Shown in pieces: positions 1-13,835 of a stretch of 64,000 nt of DNA. The stretch lies in contig OX597815.1 of the NCBI GenBank assembly GCA_951406725.2, positions 121,582,001 to 121,646,000 of the forward strand, in the 5' to 3' direction. Numbering within the stretch: the stretch's first letter is position 1; the number at the start of each line of letters is the position of its first letter. The notes under the pieces were generated by a model. That model saw only the letters and a list, made by a program, of their open reading frames with translations. It did not search any database and had not been told where the DNA came from. This DNA comes from Octopus vulgaris (lineage: Eukaryota). The position numbers and the translations under genes were made by a program.

Positions 1-1485
1 CAAAGAGAAGCTGTTTTGAAGACTTATCTAACTGAAGCTTGCTCACAAAAATGAACACCTGTTTGATGTCAGCTTTAGTTAGAATCAAAAGAAGGTTAGA
101 TTAAATGGTTACAAAAATGTAGTTATAAATGCATGTACAATGTATAGACATGTGCAAAATAAAAAGTTGGCACTAGCTTTCAGCTGGCATCCTTTGAGAT
201 ATGGTTCTAATACCATCAAATTGTCTTTTAAAGAACTCGTATTCGGATCTAATATCTCTAAAAAGTGTTTCTTTCAACAGTTTCTTGAAATCTTAGTGTT
301 GCCATTTTTTTTTTCTGAACTAAAACTTTATCTATTGAAAAGTTATATCTTGAACAGTATCTAAAATTGATGAGTTGAGTCTAAGTTTATGGTATTGAGA
401 TTTTACTTTAACAGTGATGTGTGAGATATTAAAACACCATAAGACAGGTTGCAATCCATCATGGTTTCTATTTAGTAGGACTGTTGGGTACACAGTGAAT
501 GCTACAGCTCTTAGAGATGTAGCTGTTCTCTCAATCATGAAAAATGTGCTTTATTAAATCACTTTATAAGTATCTCTTAAGTATTAAATCACTTTAGTAT
601 TAAATCACTTATAAGTCATAAGAGTTACAAGTTTCAGTTACTTTTTTATTTTATACACTCAAAAAGACCACACAAGGTGTATTTTTAGATAGTAAACTCC
701 AGGAATAAAACGAGATTTTTTTTTACCTATTTTTGGAACTGTTAAAGTAAGTACTAAAGGAGCTGCTAGAAAAAAAAATAGGCGGCATGAACTAACACTA
801 TACCCACAAATGAAGATAAAAAATGATACTATGTAATACTATGCAAGCATAGAAATGTTATTTTCTGTGTATACATTTTGTTAACATCCTTTCTCATAAC
901 TGTAAGTTTATGATAGTTCACTGTTGACTACGTTGTTTTTATGAGATCAGACATAAATATAACCATTGTTACATCCTTATGAAATATTTGTGGACTGTTT
1001 ACATCGACGTGTTCAACTGACATAGGTATAAACTTCTAATTCACAGGTGAATGGTTGGCAACTGGGTTACATTCAGCTACAAAGGAATTATTCCATCAAA
1101 GTCATTCAATCCATTCTAACACTGAAAAAATTCTGGAATTTTAAACAGCATTTGCAATATTTATATAACCTATATTATATACTAGCTATCTTTATTTGTT
1201 GTAATGGTATTAGTCTTTTATTGGATTCCTACTATTCCTTTATTTCAGAGACACTTTTTTTCCAGTTTGTAACCATTTATTTATTGCAGTCTTTCCCTTT
1301 ATAACAAAATCTATTTACCTAAGAAGTAGCTTTAGCAGCTCTACTTCTGTTTCATTCATGGAGTATGAAACAGTTGTAGTGATTACTCACTGGTGTATAT
1401 GCTTATAGTTATGTAGATCTGAACAAGACAGGATATTTGGCACAAACCCAATGATAATGGTATTTTGGAGTTAGTAGGATTCCTA

Positions 1486-1644
1486 GCAGGAGTGGCTGTG
1501 TGGTAAGTAGCTTGCTTACCAACCACATGGTTCCGGGTTCAGTCCCACTGCATGGCACCTTGGGCAAGTGTCTTCTACTATAGCCTTGGGCCTACTAAGG
1601 CCTTGTGAGTGGATTTGGTATACAGAAACTGAAAGAAGCCCATC

Positions 1645-1702
<58 letters not shown>

Positions 1703-1924
1703 ACGTCTGTTTGTGTGTCTTTGTTTGTCCCCCCCCCAACATCGCTTGACAATCGATGCTGGTGTGTTTGTGTCCCTGTAATTTAGCGGTTTGGCAAAAG
1801 AGACCGATAGAATAAGTATTAGGCTCACAAAGAATAAGTCCAGGGGTCGATTTGCTCGACTAAAGGTGGTGCTCCAGCATGGTCGCAGTCAAATGGCTGA
1901 AGCAAGTAAAAAAGTAAAAGAGTA
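1486..1924 (+). mobile_element. tRNA-derived SINE family A, full length, with internal (TA)n(TG)n microsatellite
   Basis: Head has A/B-box-like GGCTGTGTGGTAAG...GGTTCAGTCCC; body GGCACCTTGGGCAAGTGTCTTCTACTATAGCC; tail AAGTAAAAGAG. Many further copies in the window. Confidence 0.85.
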
Positions 1925-2049
1925 TTAGATTGAGAGAAAGGAAACTTTGCCTTTTGTTTTTTCAGAATTGATAAAACAAGTACCAGTAATTGATAATTCC
2001 CCTCCCCTAAAATTTCAGGCCTTATACCTATTATAGAAAGGATTATTAA

Positions 2050-2275
2050 AAATGCAGTGAGCTAGCAGAACCATAAGCATATGAAAAACAAAATACTTAG
2101 CAGCATTTTGTCAGTCTTTACATTTTGAGCTCAATTTCTGCCAAGGTTGACTTTGTCTTTCATTCTTTCAAAGTTGAGAAAATAGGTATCAGTCAAGTAC
2201 TGGGGGTTGATGTAATTGATTTCCCCACCCACTCAGAAACTGTTGGTCTTGTGCCAAAACTTGAAGCCATTATTG
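2050..2275 (+). mobile_element. SINE family B (Meta-domain-like), decayed
   Basis: GAGCTAGCAGAA...GGTTGACTTTGTCTTTCATTCTTT...AAATAGGTATCAG, same layout as the copy at 55841. Confidence 0.65.
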
Positions 2276-2949
2276 TTAGTGAACTAGTTGACTGATTAAC
2301 CAGTTAAGCAATTGATTACTGGACAAATCATTTAATCAATCAGCTGGTTTGTCAGAGTCCTTTTGTTGCTATTTGTGACCTCATCAATGACATGATCTTG
2401 TCTGCTCTAGGTCTGTTACTGCCCCAAACTGGATACATTGTGTTCTTTTCCTGATATTTATAATTTCTGGATTATGTTAGCATGCGTGGGTTGCATAATC
2501 AGTGTGTGTGTGTGAACATTGCAAGCGTATTTGTGTATGTTCATGTGTGCACATTTGCAAGCCTGCATGTCACTTCCTGCATGCGCATGTTTGCTATGTT
2601 ACAGTGCAGTGCTTTAATGCTTTGTTTTGCTTCTTGAGATTTCTTCTGAATTAATTGACGCTTATATATTCTCCACACCCACACATTTATCTCCATATTT
2701 ATTCCCCCCCTCCCACATATATATATCCACATACAAATACATCTATACATATCCATCTATATGCATGCATACACACACATTTATACATATCCATTTATAT
2801 GCATGCATACATACTCACACACAACCACATACACACTCACATATATACGTGTGTGTGTGTGTGGTGATGGGGCAGTTCATGTTAAAGGACTGGAGATGAC
2901 CTTGAGATTGTCGCTATTTCTCTTGTACTTTATTTTAAGCATGCTCTTT

Positions 2950-4500
2950 GTATCAGGTATACACATAGCCTCTTCTGTTTGTCATTCTTTGGGTGTATTG
3001 ATAAGAGTTTTAATTCTATATTCTTTAGCATAACGCTATGGTTTTCATTTGCATGTTGACATAGTATTGATGTAGGTGACTTTTCTTCATATTCTTGTTA
3101 GTGCTCCTATATTCTCTTTGTTATGCTTCAGGTGTTTTCCCTTATATAAGTTGTGATGTCACTCTCCATGCAATTCATGAATATGGTATACTGCATTACT
3201 ACTTTTACAATTCATTTTAAGATTCTCTCTGCAAACTATATAATTGCTGTTTCTATTGATGAGTAGTCCTATTGAAAGTGGTGTGACTGATCTCGCCAGC
3301 TTTTCAACTATTTCACACCTAAGTTTCTCTTTGTTTAGCGCTTTCCTAAATTTAAGGGTTGGATCACCTTTAGTGGTAGTGTGACTGAACATTATGTCTT
3401 TACACTTGTCAATATTATACCATAGTGGAGGTCCATAGCTTAGTGGTTAAGGTGCTGGACTTGTGAAATTGTGGTTTCAATTCCTGGACTAGGTAATGCA
3501 TTGTGTTCTTGAGCAAAACACTTCATTTCACACTGCTCCAGGCCACTCAGCTGGCTAAAATGAGTAATCCTATGACAGACCAGTGTGCTATACAGGGAGG
3601 AATATATACCCCAGAGAAACAAGGAAACTGGCCCCTATATTCATTATGGGTTAATGTGGACTAACCAACTATTATACTATGAATCTGCCTTACCGACCTT
3701 ACTTATTCTTCCTCACTTAATCCATGACTTGTTCTAATATGCAAGGCAAGTTCTATGTGTGTAATATCTTATAAGGTTTTCTTTTTCTTGCCACCCCACT
3801 CCTTCCCTGTATACATTGATTCTATCCTTTTTGGTAATACTCAGAGAACTGCACTCAGTAGAGGAGGTATTGTGAACACTTATTTCACAGGGTTGTCACA
3901 AAAACTATATTTTTCATTCTTACTAAATCTATTACTAGTATGCTGATCTTCCCATTACCACATATAGCAGAGTTCCTCTGAACTAAGTATTTGGTGGTCA
4001 TACATTTCCATAATGTGAATGGGGGACCTGGATTTTGCTCTGTATTGTTTCTAGCCCGGTGTCAGTGTCAAGTATGGACGGTCTATTATTTGTGTGTTTG
4101 AATAGATAATCTATGCCTCCTTGATACTTACATGAGTGGACTTAACTATATGCTAGATGCTGTCATGGTGTTACTTTCAGGTTCATTTACTGATGCATAA
4201 CTATAAAGTTTATGTTATCTACATATTGGCTGTACATAGTTATGGTTATAGATTTCTCTTCTAAACCATTAAATCGCTGGTCACATATCTTGCAATATAT
4301 TGTGTGCTGTGTTGTTAAGAGTGTTTCCCTTTTGTTAATGCATGGTCAACTGATGTGAAAGTGTTGTTGCTGTATGTCCAGTGTAACAGTTTGAGACATG
4401 GAATTTATAGCTTTCATTGGTTATCTGAAGTAGGTTTTGTGATTTGTGTCTGGTTTCATATTGATGTGAAGGTAGTATGTGTTGATCTCCATGTCTACAC
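2950..4500 (-). pseudogene. Decayed Penelope-like element (GIY-YIG endonuclease and probable RT relic), interrupted by a SINE head at about 3425-3640
   Basis: Minus-strand NCKSSNAVYHI followed by a YI-x-E/K-T...RI.EH-like segment, typical of Penelope GIY-YIG domains. Boundaries are approximate. Confidence 0.45.
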
Positions 4501-5566
4501 ATTGTTACTTACTGCTTGTAATGATACTGCTTGTGTCCTGCATAAACAAACATTCTGGTAACTTAGTGGTTCAACTTGTGTAAACACTGAATAGATTATC
4601 TTATTTGAAAACAGTTAAGTGTTGACATCAAGAAGAGCAACTAGCCATAGAATACTGCTTCTTCAAGAAGTCTCATCTAGTAAATGATAAAATCGGCAAG
4701 TGGACAGTGTCAGTGTATGTGTGCATATGTGTGTGAGCATCATCAGCATACAAGTATGGTTTTTTTGTCACCTGTCTTGGTAACAGGAAGGAAAATCTAC
4801 CTCAACAAATTCTGTTTGACCTCATGGAAGAGTGGACATTAAATAATGATGATTAATATGTATGCAATCATCATCATAAGGCTGGTTTCCAGATTTGTAT
4901 GGCTTATATATTCCTCTCCTGAATGACATACCAATCCATTGCAGGAATACTTATTTTTGCCAAATGAGTGGAATGGAGCAACATGAAATGAAATGTTTTG
5001 TTGAAAAACACCTAATCCAGGAATTGACACCACAATCTTATGATCATGAGTGCAACACCATAACCACTAACCCACACACCTCCACTATGTGTGTGTGTAT
5101 GAGACTGATAAAAAGAATTTGTACTGTAATTTTTATTGCAAATATTGAATGTATCATCTTGCTGAAAATTTTCTGGCAGCACCTTTGCATTCAAACCTGC
5201 ATATTTTGCAGTTGTGTTATTGTAAATATTCTACATTCCTGTTATTCTGTTCTATTTCTACATCATTATTCCTTCAACCATCTATTTATCTATACGGTGT
5301 GGTTTGGATTTGAAATACAATATTTCCATTGCCTGTCAATCATGTCAGATCTGGCTAGATGTTATTTCCAGTTCTTTTCAAGTTATTTAAATACTTTATT
5401 AACTCTGATCATAACGTAAAACTTTCTACTCTGGCTTTCTAATTTGTATGCATATGTCTATTATCTTTAAGTCTTACTTCCTGTCAGCTGCATCCATAAC
5501 TTATTAGCATTTTATTATATTACTTATATACATAATATAGTTTCCATTAATGTCAACCTTTTGGTC

Positions 5567-5603
<37 letters not shown>

Positions 5604-5611
5604 CATATATA

Positions 5612-5996
5612 TACTCTCTTTTTACTCTTTTACTTGTTTCAGTCATTTGACTGCGGCCATGCTGGAGCACCACCTTTAACCGAGCAACTCGACCCCGGGA
5701 CTTATTCTTTTGTAAGCCCAGTACTCATTCTATTGGTCTCTTTTGCCGAACCGCTAAGTAACGGTTGTCAAGCAATGCTAGGGGGACAAACACAGACACA
5801 CTAACACACACATGCATATATATACATATATACGACGGGCTTCTTTCAGTTTCCGTCTACCAAATCCACTCACAAGGCTTTGGTCGGCCTGAGGCTATAG
5901 TAGAAGACACTTGCCCAAGGTGCCACGCAGTGGGACTGAACCCAGAACCATGTGGTTGGTAAACAAGCTACTTACCACACAGCCACTCCTGCGCCT
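5612..5996 (-). mobile_element. SINE family A, full length, low divergence
   Basis: Reverse complement of 1486-1924; retains CpGs. Confidence 0.85.
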
Positions 5997-6328
5997 ATAT
6001 ATATACACACACATATATATATATATATATATTTCAATTCTGTTTACTGTCATGTAACATCTTGTAATAGTTTAGATTGTATAGTTTTCTCTTCTTTGTG
6101 TTTCTCAATTATAAACTTTACTTACTTTGTATTTATCATTGTTTTACAAAATTAAAATTAAAATTCAATAATTTTAATTTTCCTGAACTAAAACCTCCTG
6201 TGCATTTATTTTGTACTTGCATGAATATAAAGTATAGTTTTAAAAGCTCTGTGTTTTAAGTTTCTGTTATTTATATATTGTATTTTTTTATTGCTTTTTT
6301 CACTGTAATTTTATTACTCACTCTATTT

Positions 6329-6359
<31 letters not shown>

Positions 6360-8403
6360 TTACTATCACTGAGTCTTCCCTTCATTCACAGTGAACTGAT
6401 AGCTTTAAGATATTGATTTCTTCCAGCTGACTTTTAAAATGCTCTATAATTTAGCAGTGGTTTTACTTGAAACTTAATTTCATTGTATTTTTTCAGTGTT
6501 ATCAGTTGTTGTTAGTTTTTGTTGTTTTTTCTTTCTCTTTTTTTTTTTTACTAATGAAATTTTTAAAGATGGAATTATTATTGTGCAAAAGTATAGTGCA
6601 ATTGTACGTTGTTGAAGAGAATTTTTCTGCTTCAGCAAATTTGATAATGTTTAAGAAAATTTCTTTGAAAATGGTAATAATATAATTATAATAATTCTCT
6701 ATTAAATCTTTTTAACTCATGTATTTCACAATAATCAAACTTTAAACAATTTAAAATGTAAATTATACTATAAAATATATTTAAAAAAAACTTAAGTAAT
6801 CCTTTTATCAACAGTAAAATCTCAAAGAGCTGATATTTGTCTTTCGCTTTAGTAGTATTAAGCAGAGACTGTTCCACATTCTAAGAGGGAAGTTTAATGT
6901 TCTGTAAATAAACTGGTACCTGTTTTATCAGCAGTTAAAACCAAAGTAAACTGAGTTGAGTTGATCAGGGTAAATTCCTGTAAAGGATCAATAATATGGA
7001 CTCAATTGCTAGCTTTTATTGCAATCCTAGCTGTCTACTTAATGCAGTTTTGGTAGAAACTTACTTAAAAGATAATTCTTGTATAATGGAGCATATTGAT
7101 TATAATATGATACCATGAGCTGGTGTCTTCTACTATAGCCCTGGGCTGACCAAAGTCTTCAGAATGGATTTGCTTGATGGAAACTGAAAGAAGCCCATTG
7201 TATATACACGTGCACATGTCTGTGTGTAAGACTCTGTGTGTGTTTGTGTCTCCCTGTCTTACCATCATGTGATTGTTGTAAATTATCTTTCACTGGCACA
7301 CAGTGTCATTCATTTCCTATATTTTGTGAAAACCTATCTGGCCATGAAAAAATATTACCTTATTTGGAAACAGCTGAAGGTTGCAACAGGAAGGGCATTT
7401 GAATATAGAAAATCTGCCTCTGTAAAGTTTGTCTGACCCATGCAAGCAGGGAAGGATGGTCATTGAAGCAATGATGATGATAATAAGGAAGAGGTGGAGA
7501 ATGTCTCTTTTTCTTGGCATGGTTTCTTAAGTAGTCAATGCTTATTTAGAAATAATTTATGAATGTAACTTTGTAATGTAATTTTTAGATATTTTTATGA
7601 TTACAAAATTCATTGTCTTTTTCCTGGCTGTTTTCTTTTTTTTTTATACCTTCTTCATGTGACTGCATCTGAGAGCTACACCAAAAATTTCTGTTCCCTA
7701 TTAAATTTAGTGGGTCCTCAGGTTCATGTGTGTTTTTATCAATAGCAACAATGTAGTTAGGTTTCCTTCAATAGTCAGTAAGGACTTCTGATCTCTCTTT
7801 TTAAGTTTAGAAAAAAAACAGTCAAGTGATATTAAAAAAAGATCACACGACCAATACCATTGTAGGACTAAGAGAGCTGAACAAAGCTAATTGACTGTTG
7901 ACACTAACTACCTCTATGTTTAGGTTTGTTGATGAGCATTTGATTTTATGTGTGTATGCACAAATGCATGCATGAATATAGAAAGAGATAGTATGGAAAA
8001 TCATAAGGAGCATAATGTTACTAAGAAAAAAAAAATCTTTTATCCAGTTTAACTATCACCAACCACCACGACCACCATTTAACATCTGTTTTGCATGCTG
8101 GTATGGGTTGGATGGTTTCACAGTAGCTGGCAAGCCAGAGGACTGAGCTAGACTCTACTGTCTGCTTTGGCATGGTTATTATATTAGTTTATATTATTAC
8201 ATTATCATTTGCTTTTTACATTCCAAGCCTGAAATGGCTCTAATATTTTTTCAATCTCCCTTCTTCTTCTTCTCCAAAAAAGGGCAAAACTTTATGTACC
8301 CATTGGTCAATAGTTCTTCTATACACATCCCTATGTTGTATAGAACTTTCAAATGTTTCTACTTCAATATATAATACACATTTTATGTGTGTGTGTGTGT
8401 GTG

Positions 8404-8440
<37 letters not shown>

Positions 8441-9164
8441 GTGTATGAATGCTTACATATACGTAAATAATTCTGTATCCTGTATTAATTTAATTCATTA
8501 CTGTTTCCTATGTCTCTCTCACACTCTATCTTTTGACCCACCACCATCTCATTGTCTGACAGACTTCTTTCTTGTAAACTCCTCTATGCTATTTATAGCC
8601 CAGCCAGCATGCTCTTTCTTCCTTAGTGTAAGTCCTTACCCTAAATGTTGTAATTCTCCTGCTACTCGCTGCATGAGCACACACACACTTCTTTCATTTT
8701 CTGAAAATTCTTTTAAACTGATTTTGACTGATGCATACTACCACTAATTTCGTCAGGGGGACTCTAATGTCTTTATTTTCTTTTATATAAAATAATATTT
8801 TGGAAGACAAGCTTACCATAAAACACAATCTTTGTCTCATATTTCACTATATGTCTTCTGTATAACTGAACAGCAGTACAACACAGTCCTGCAATGTGAC
8901 CAGGCTTCTGGTGAATGACTAGAAATTCTAGTAATTTATTTCTTCAATATTCTTATCAAGGTTTATCTTTTCATATGTCACTTTTCACAACACAGAGAAG
9001 ATTTATTATCTAAAAAGCAGCATAGCATGAGTTAGATGTTGGCAACACCTTGCAGTTATTTAGTTTTCTCCCAGATTATCAGTCGTTCCAGTTTTTGTTT
9101 TGGAACTAGGCTCAGTCCTAATTGGTAATAAAGAATACTTGGTGATATCCTTATTTTTAATATT

Positions 9165-9830
9165 TTGTCATTTATTTGTTTCAGTTTTTGAACTGCGATC
9201 CTGCTGTGGCACTGGCTTAAAAGGTTTAGTTAAACAAATAGATCCCAAACTTTTTCAGGCTGCCAACCTCTTAGTTTTAAGGTCACATTCCTAGTGCCCC
9301 CCTCCCCCCACTACCACCACTCATCATCACAGACCATTTTCTGTAGCAAATTCAAAACAACAGTATTTCACAAATAAAACTTGACCTAATTAACCCTTTA
9401 TTTATATTTTTTTTTTTACATTCATTGCCTGTTTTGGTCACCCCATTATTGCCTCATTTCTACTGCCCCCCCGTTGAGGTGGTACCACCCACTTTGGGAA
9501 CCATTGAATTAAAGCCTAGTACTTATCCTATTGGTCTCTTTTGTTGAGCCATTAAGTTGCAAGGATGTAAACAAACCAACATCAATTGTTAAGCAGTGGG
9601 AGGGCTGACAGTCACATAATTACACACACATGACATGACACACATGCATCACCCACACTCACACATTAAATGTGTTTCCACAGTTTCCATCTATCAGATT
9701 CCTTCACAAAGCAATGGTCAGCCTGAGGCTGTAGTAGAAGACACTTGTCCAAAAAGCCACACAGTGGAACTGAACCTGAAGCTACAGGGTTGCAAAACAT
9801 GTTTCTTAACCACACAGTCATAACCATGCC
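9165..9830 (-). mobile_element. SINE family A with a nested hAT-like MITE (about 9240-9506)
   Basis: The SINE body is interrupted between ...AAACAAATAGAT and AAGCCTAGTACTTAT by a segment beginning CCCAAACTTTTT and ending TTTGGGAACCATTG (Charlie-like terminus). Confidence 0.6.
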
Positions 9831-9899
9831 TATATAAATAAATAAATCTTCATTGATTGATGTCTACAATAATGTCCAGAAGGGCACTTTATATTTTTA

Positions 9900-10232
9900 T
9901 ACTCTCTTTACTCTTTTACTTGTCTCAGCACCACCTTTAGTCGAGCAAATCGACCCCAGGACTTATTCTTTGCAAGCCTAGTACTTATTCTATCGGTCTC
10001 TTTTGCTGTACCGCTAAGTTATGGAGACATAAACACACCAGCATTGGTTGTCAAGCGATGTTGGGAGGACAAACACAGACACACAAACATACACACATAC
10101 ATACATACATATATATATATACGTCAGGCTTCTTTCAGTTAGACTCTTGCCCAAGGTGCCACGCAGTGGGACCGAACCCGGAACCATGTGATTGGTAAGC
10201 AAGCTAATTACCACATGGCCATTCCTATGCCT
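9900..10232 (-). mobile_element. SINE family A with internal deletions, about 95 bp upstream of the first coding exon's acceptor
   Basis: High similarity to 5612-5996. Confidence 0.8.
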
Positions 10233-10385
10233 GTTATGTTATATCTTTTTGTATTATTCTTTGAAATCATGCATGATGACGGAATTGTTAATTGTAACCT
10301 TTTTCTTTCTTTTTTTTTTTTGCAGATAACAAGAGGAGGTTTTATTGCTTGCTAGATAAGCATACCTGACATCTGTGGTGTGAAG

Positions 10386-10573
10386 ATGGGGAGCTCTTCA
10401 TCGAAATTCCGGAAATATTTGCAGAATGGCGATGAAATAGCTGCTCTAAATGTATATAATGGTAACAATGAGTTTCGTAAATCACTGGATCCCAACAGTT
10501 CTTATGGTGACTCTTGTAACCATGAGACACCTGTCCATTATGCATCAAGGCATGGTATGAGAACATTACTACG
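10386..10573 (+). CDS. ANKIB1: Ankyrin repeat and IBR domain-containing protein 1 (RBR E3 ligase), first coding exon; the exon including 5' UTR starts at 10326
   Basis: Translates MGSSSSKFRKYLQNGDEIAALNVYNGNNEFRKSLDPNSSYGDSCNHETPVHYASRHGMRTLLR, matching the ANKIB1 N-terminus as I recall it (MG..KFRK.L.NGDE...LDPN.SYG....TP.HYA.RHGM). Polypyrimidine tract and TGCAG acceptor end at 10325; the donor is CG|GTAAG at 10573/10574 (phase 2). Confidence 0.9.
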
Positions 10574-11919
10574 GTAAGATACCTTTTCTCAATCCCTTTT
10601 AGTTTTTCTAAATATCATCATCATTATCATTGTCATCATTATCATCATCATCATCGTATAATATCCCTTTTTCTATGCAAGCATAAGTTGGAGGGTTTGA
10701 CATGAACTGACAAGACAGGGGACTGAGCCAAGATCCAATGTCTGCTTTGGCATGGTTTCTACAGCTCAATGCCCTTCTTATCACTGGTTACCTCATAGGG
10801 TGTACTGGGTATTTTTTAATTTCAATTATCTTTTGAAAGTGATTAAGTCACCATTATCATTTTAACCTCCACTTTCCCATGCTTGCATGGGTCAGATGAA
10901 ATTTGTGGAGGCAAATTTTCATTGTCTTGATGCCCGTCACCTTTTTCTAAGCAAGGTAGACTTTCTTCATGGAAGACTGGAGACAAACAACATCAGTTGT
11001 ATGATGGTGATACTTATTTACAATCATCACTTGTGCACTCTATATACACACAAACTTTTTGTCTACCAGATCCTCTCATTAGACTTAGGTCAGCTTGAAG
11101 CTATTGTTAAAGTCACTTGCTCAAAGTTCCACACAGTAGGACTGAACCTAAAGCCATATGGCTTGGAAACAAACTTCTTAACAACATAGCTACAGTTGCT
11201 TTATAAATATATATTTTATATGTGCTACTTTAAATGTAATTCATTGCTACTTACTCAAAGAAAATTCCAAAGTTTTTATTTTAAATTTGTACAAACCTGT
11301 AATACAATTTTTTGATAATAATGAATTATCATAATTTGAGTGTCAGTTTTTCTGGTTTTTTTTTCATCCATATGATATGGGTTGGATGGGTCTGCTATAT
11401 CACACATTTGCTACTCACCTCACCCCTCCATCATATCTAATAAAGCAGGATAATGCCTTTCTTTCTTTGCATCTTCAGAATTTTCTTTGTCACTAGTACC
11501 ATCTACTAACAGTACATGACATAGTCTTGTACAGAAGTCATTGTCAATTCACAGCACAATTGTCTGTATAAATTGACTAATGCTTTTTGTACATACACAA
11601 TTGCTCTCACAACTCATTTGTGCTTCATCTTTCATGCAAGTTAACATCATGTGTCCAGTAGCAATATGCACTATTGTCTTTCTCTTCAGTCTCCACAAAT
11701 GTTTTGCATTCAGTGTTCATGTCTAATTAATCTTGCATTATAACACTCTTTACATAGGAAAAAGAGAGAGGGAGAAACCATTTGATGCCAAGGGAATTAA
11801 CTTCTCTCTCTGACCTTTATTGCTATCTTTTTTCTTTCTTACTCCAGATAGTATGTTCACACTAAACCACATCTAGTCTTAATAAGGTCACATATAAAAT
11901 GAAATTGTTTAACTATAAC

Positions 11920-12275
11920 TCATCATCATCATCACCATTTAATGTCCATTGTCCATGCTGGCATGGGTTGTGTGGTTTGACTGGGCTAGCATGTTGGAAG
12001 GCTGTGCCAGGCTCCAGTCTGATTTGGCATGGTTTTCTATGTCTGGATGCCCTTCTTAATGCCAGCCACTCCAAGAGTGTAATGGGTGCTTTTATGTACC
12101 ATTTGCATGACACCGGTATCTGCCACAACTGCAGTTTTACTTGGCTTGATGGGTGTTCTTCTCAAGCATGACATAATGCCAAAGGTCTCGGTCATTCCCC
12201 TCGTGAGGCCCAACACTCAAAAGGAACTCAGCCACTTTGCCTCCTTGGGGCCCAACACTCAAAAGGAACTCACAA
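11920..12275 (-). mobile_element. RTE-type LINE 3' end or derived non-autonomous copy
   Basis: (CAT)n tail, CCATGCTGGCATGG hairpin and GGATGCCCTTC motif shared with 21195-21670; internal 39-bp tandem pair. Confidence 0.65.
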
Positions 12276-12427
12276 GCTGTATAATCCTTTCACTGAATTA
12301 ATTCCATAACTAACACTAATGCTTACTATTTCTTTACATCTGTTACATTTGAATTTCTAGTTCTTTGTCAGTTGCCAGAAGCTGCTCTTCATTGGTTGTG
12401 GGCCCATTGTTTGTATATAGAACCATG

Positions 12428-12614
12428 TTTCTTCTTTGATAGTGTTGAGACTTTGTGTTTTGCCCTAGTGACTAGTTCACCAGACTGATCTTTGGACTTT
12501 AGACCAGTTAGTCTGATTTGAAGCTTTTTGCCTGACGTTATGTAAGCCTGATTGTTAGTATATTAAAGCTTTCAGGGATGCAACTAATCCTGTGTTGTTG
12601 CCATAATAACTATA
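12428..12614 (+). repeat. 187-bp direct duplication, copy 1
   Basis: Identical to 16990-17176 except for 2 substitutions. Confidence 0.9.
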
Positions 12615-13569
12615 TGATGTTAGAAAGGGCATGCAGCTTTAGAAACTATGGAGTTTGGTGCAGTCTTTTGGCTTGCCAACTCTTGCTGAACCATCCAAAC
12701 CATACCAGCATGGAAAACAGTTGTTAAATGATGATGATGAATAGTAGGGAACTGAATGTCAAGTTTCACTAAGTATATTGCCAATTCTAACATTATTTGC
12801 AACACCATAGAAAATGGTTAACAAGAAATTCATACCTGATTTTATAGAACATCCTCCAAACTACAGCTTGGAATTTGTGGAAGTCCTTTCCTCAAATAGT
12901 TAGTTAGTAAAATGATTTGTTCTTATCTAACATTTCATGAATGTTGACTTTAAATGCATCATCTATGAGTGCCGTGCAAGTCTTTTCTCTTTCAATAAGA
13001 AAACATTCCTTTTTTTTTTTTTTTTTGAGTATTATCGAGTATCTCTCTTTGTGAAACATATCCTTAACATAGCTAGGATTATATCTGAGAGACTGACCCT
13101 CCTCTTCAGGCTCAGAAAATACTTCAGCCCCTTACCATTTATTGATACTCTACAAAGTTCAAGTGCGGCTTGCAAAGGAGTATTGCTTCCACATCTGGGA
13201 CTGGTCTGTTGCTACATACAGACACAGATATCTTTGACCACATTCAGAGAAAAGTAACTCAATTGGCTTGTGTAAAATCAATTGCTCAAAGATATATCCT
13301 AGACACCGGCCTGCAGGCATGCTCTCTCTTCTTTTTATGATTTCTACTGCTTCTAAAAACTGGAGTTAGCTATATCAAGGCATCGCCATTTAGTTCCTCT
13401 TGGCTCATTCATCTCTCTACCTCTCAATGCCCATGTTGTGTCCAACCCCTTTTGGTCCTGCACTAACCGCAACAGGGACAGTTGACCCAAAGATGCTGAC
13501 AAAATGAACAGTGAAATTTTTAGTGTGGATCTGTCCAAACCATCTTGCCATAGAAAAGCAACATTGAAA

Positions 13570-13835
13570 TGATTATGGTATCAGTGATTGCCTCTATCAT
13601 CACTACCATCATTATTACCATTATCATCATTGTTGCCATAATCATCATCATCATCATCATCATCATCCTCATTGTCATCATCATCATCATCACTATCATC
13701 ATTGTTGGCATTGTCATTATTATCTGTTATCTTCACCGTTATTGTCTGTCATCATATTCATCGTTGTTGTCGTCGTCATCACCATCATTGTCATCATCAT
13801 CCTCATTGTTGTCATCATCAATCATCATCATCGTC
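13570..13835. repeat. Degenerate (CAT)n microsatellite
   Basis: Runs of ATC/CAT; the source of the poly-I/M/S/H ORFs. Confidence 0.9.

Noticed and set aside
552-616. Three copies of TATTAAATCACTT
   Set aside because: Simple local slippage duplication with no further structure.
1490-1560. tRNA gene
   Set aside because: The A/B-box-like sequence is the SINE head; I could not fold a full cloverleaf, and it continues into the SINE body.
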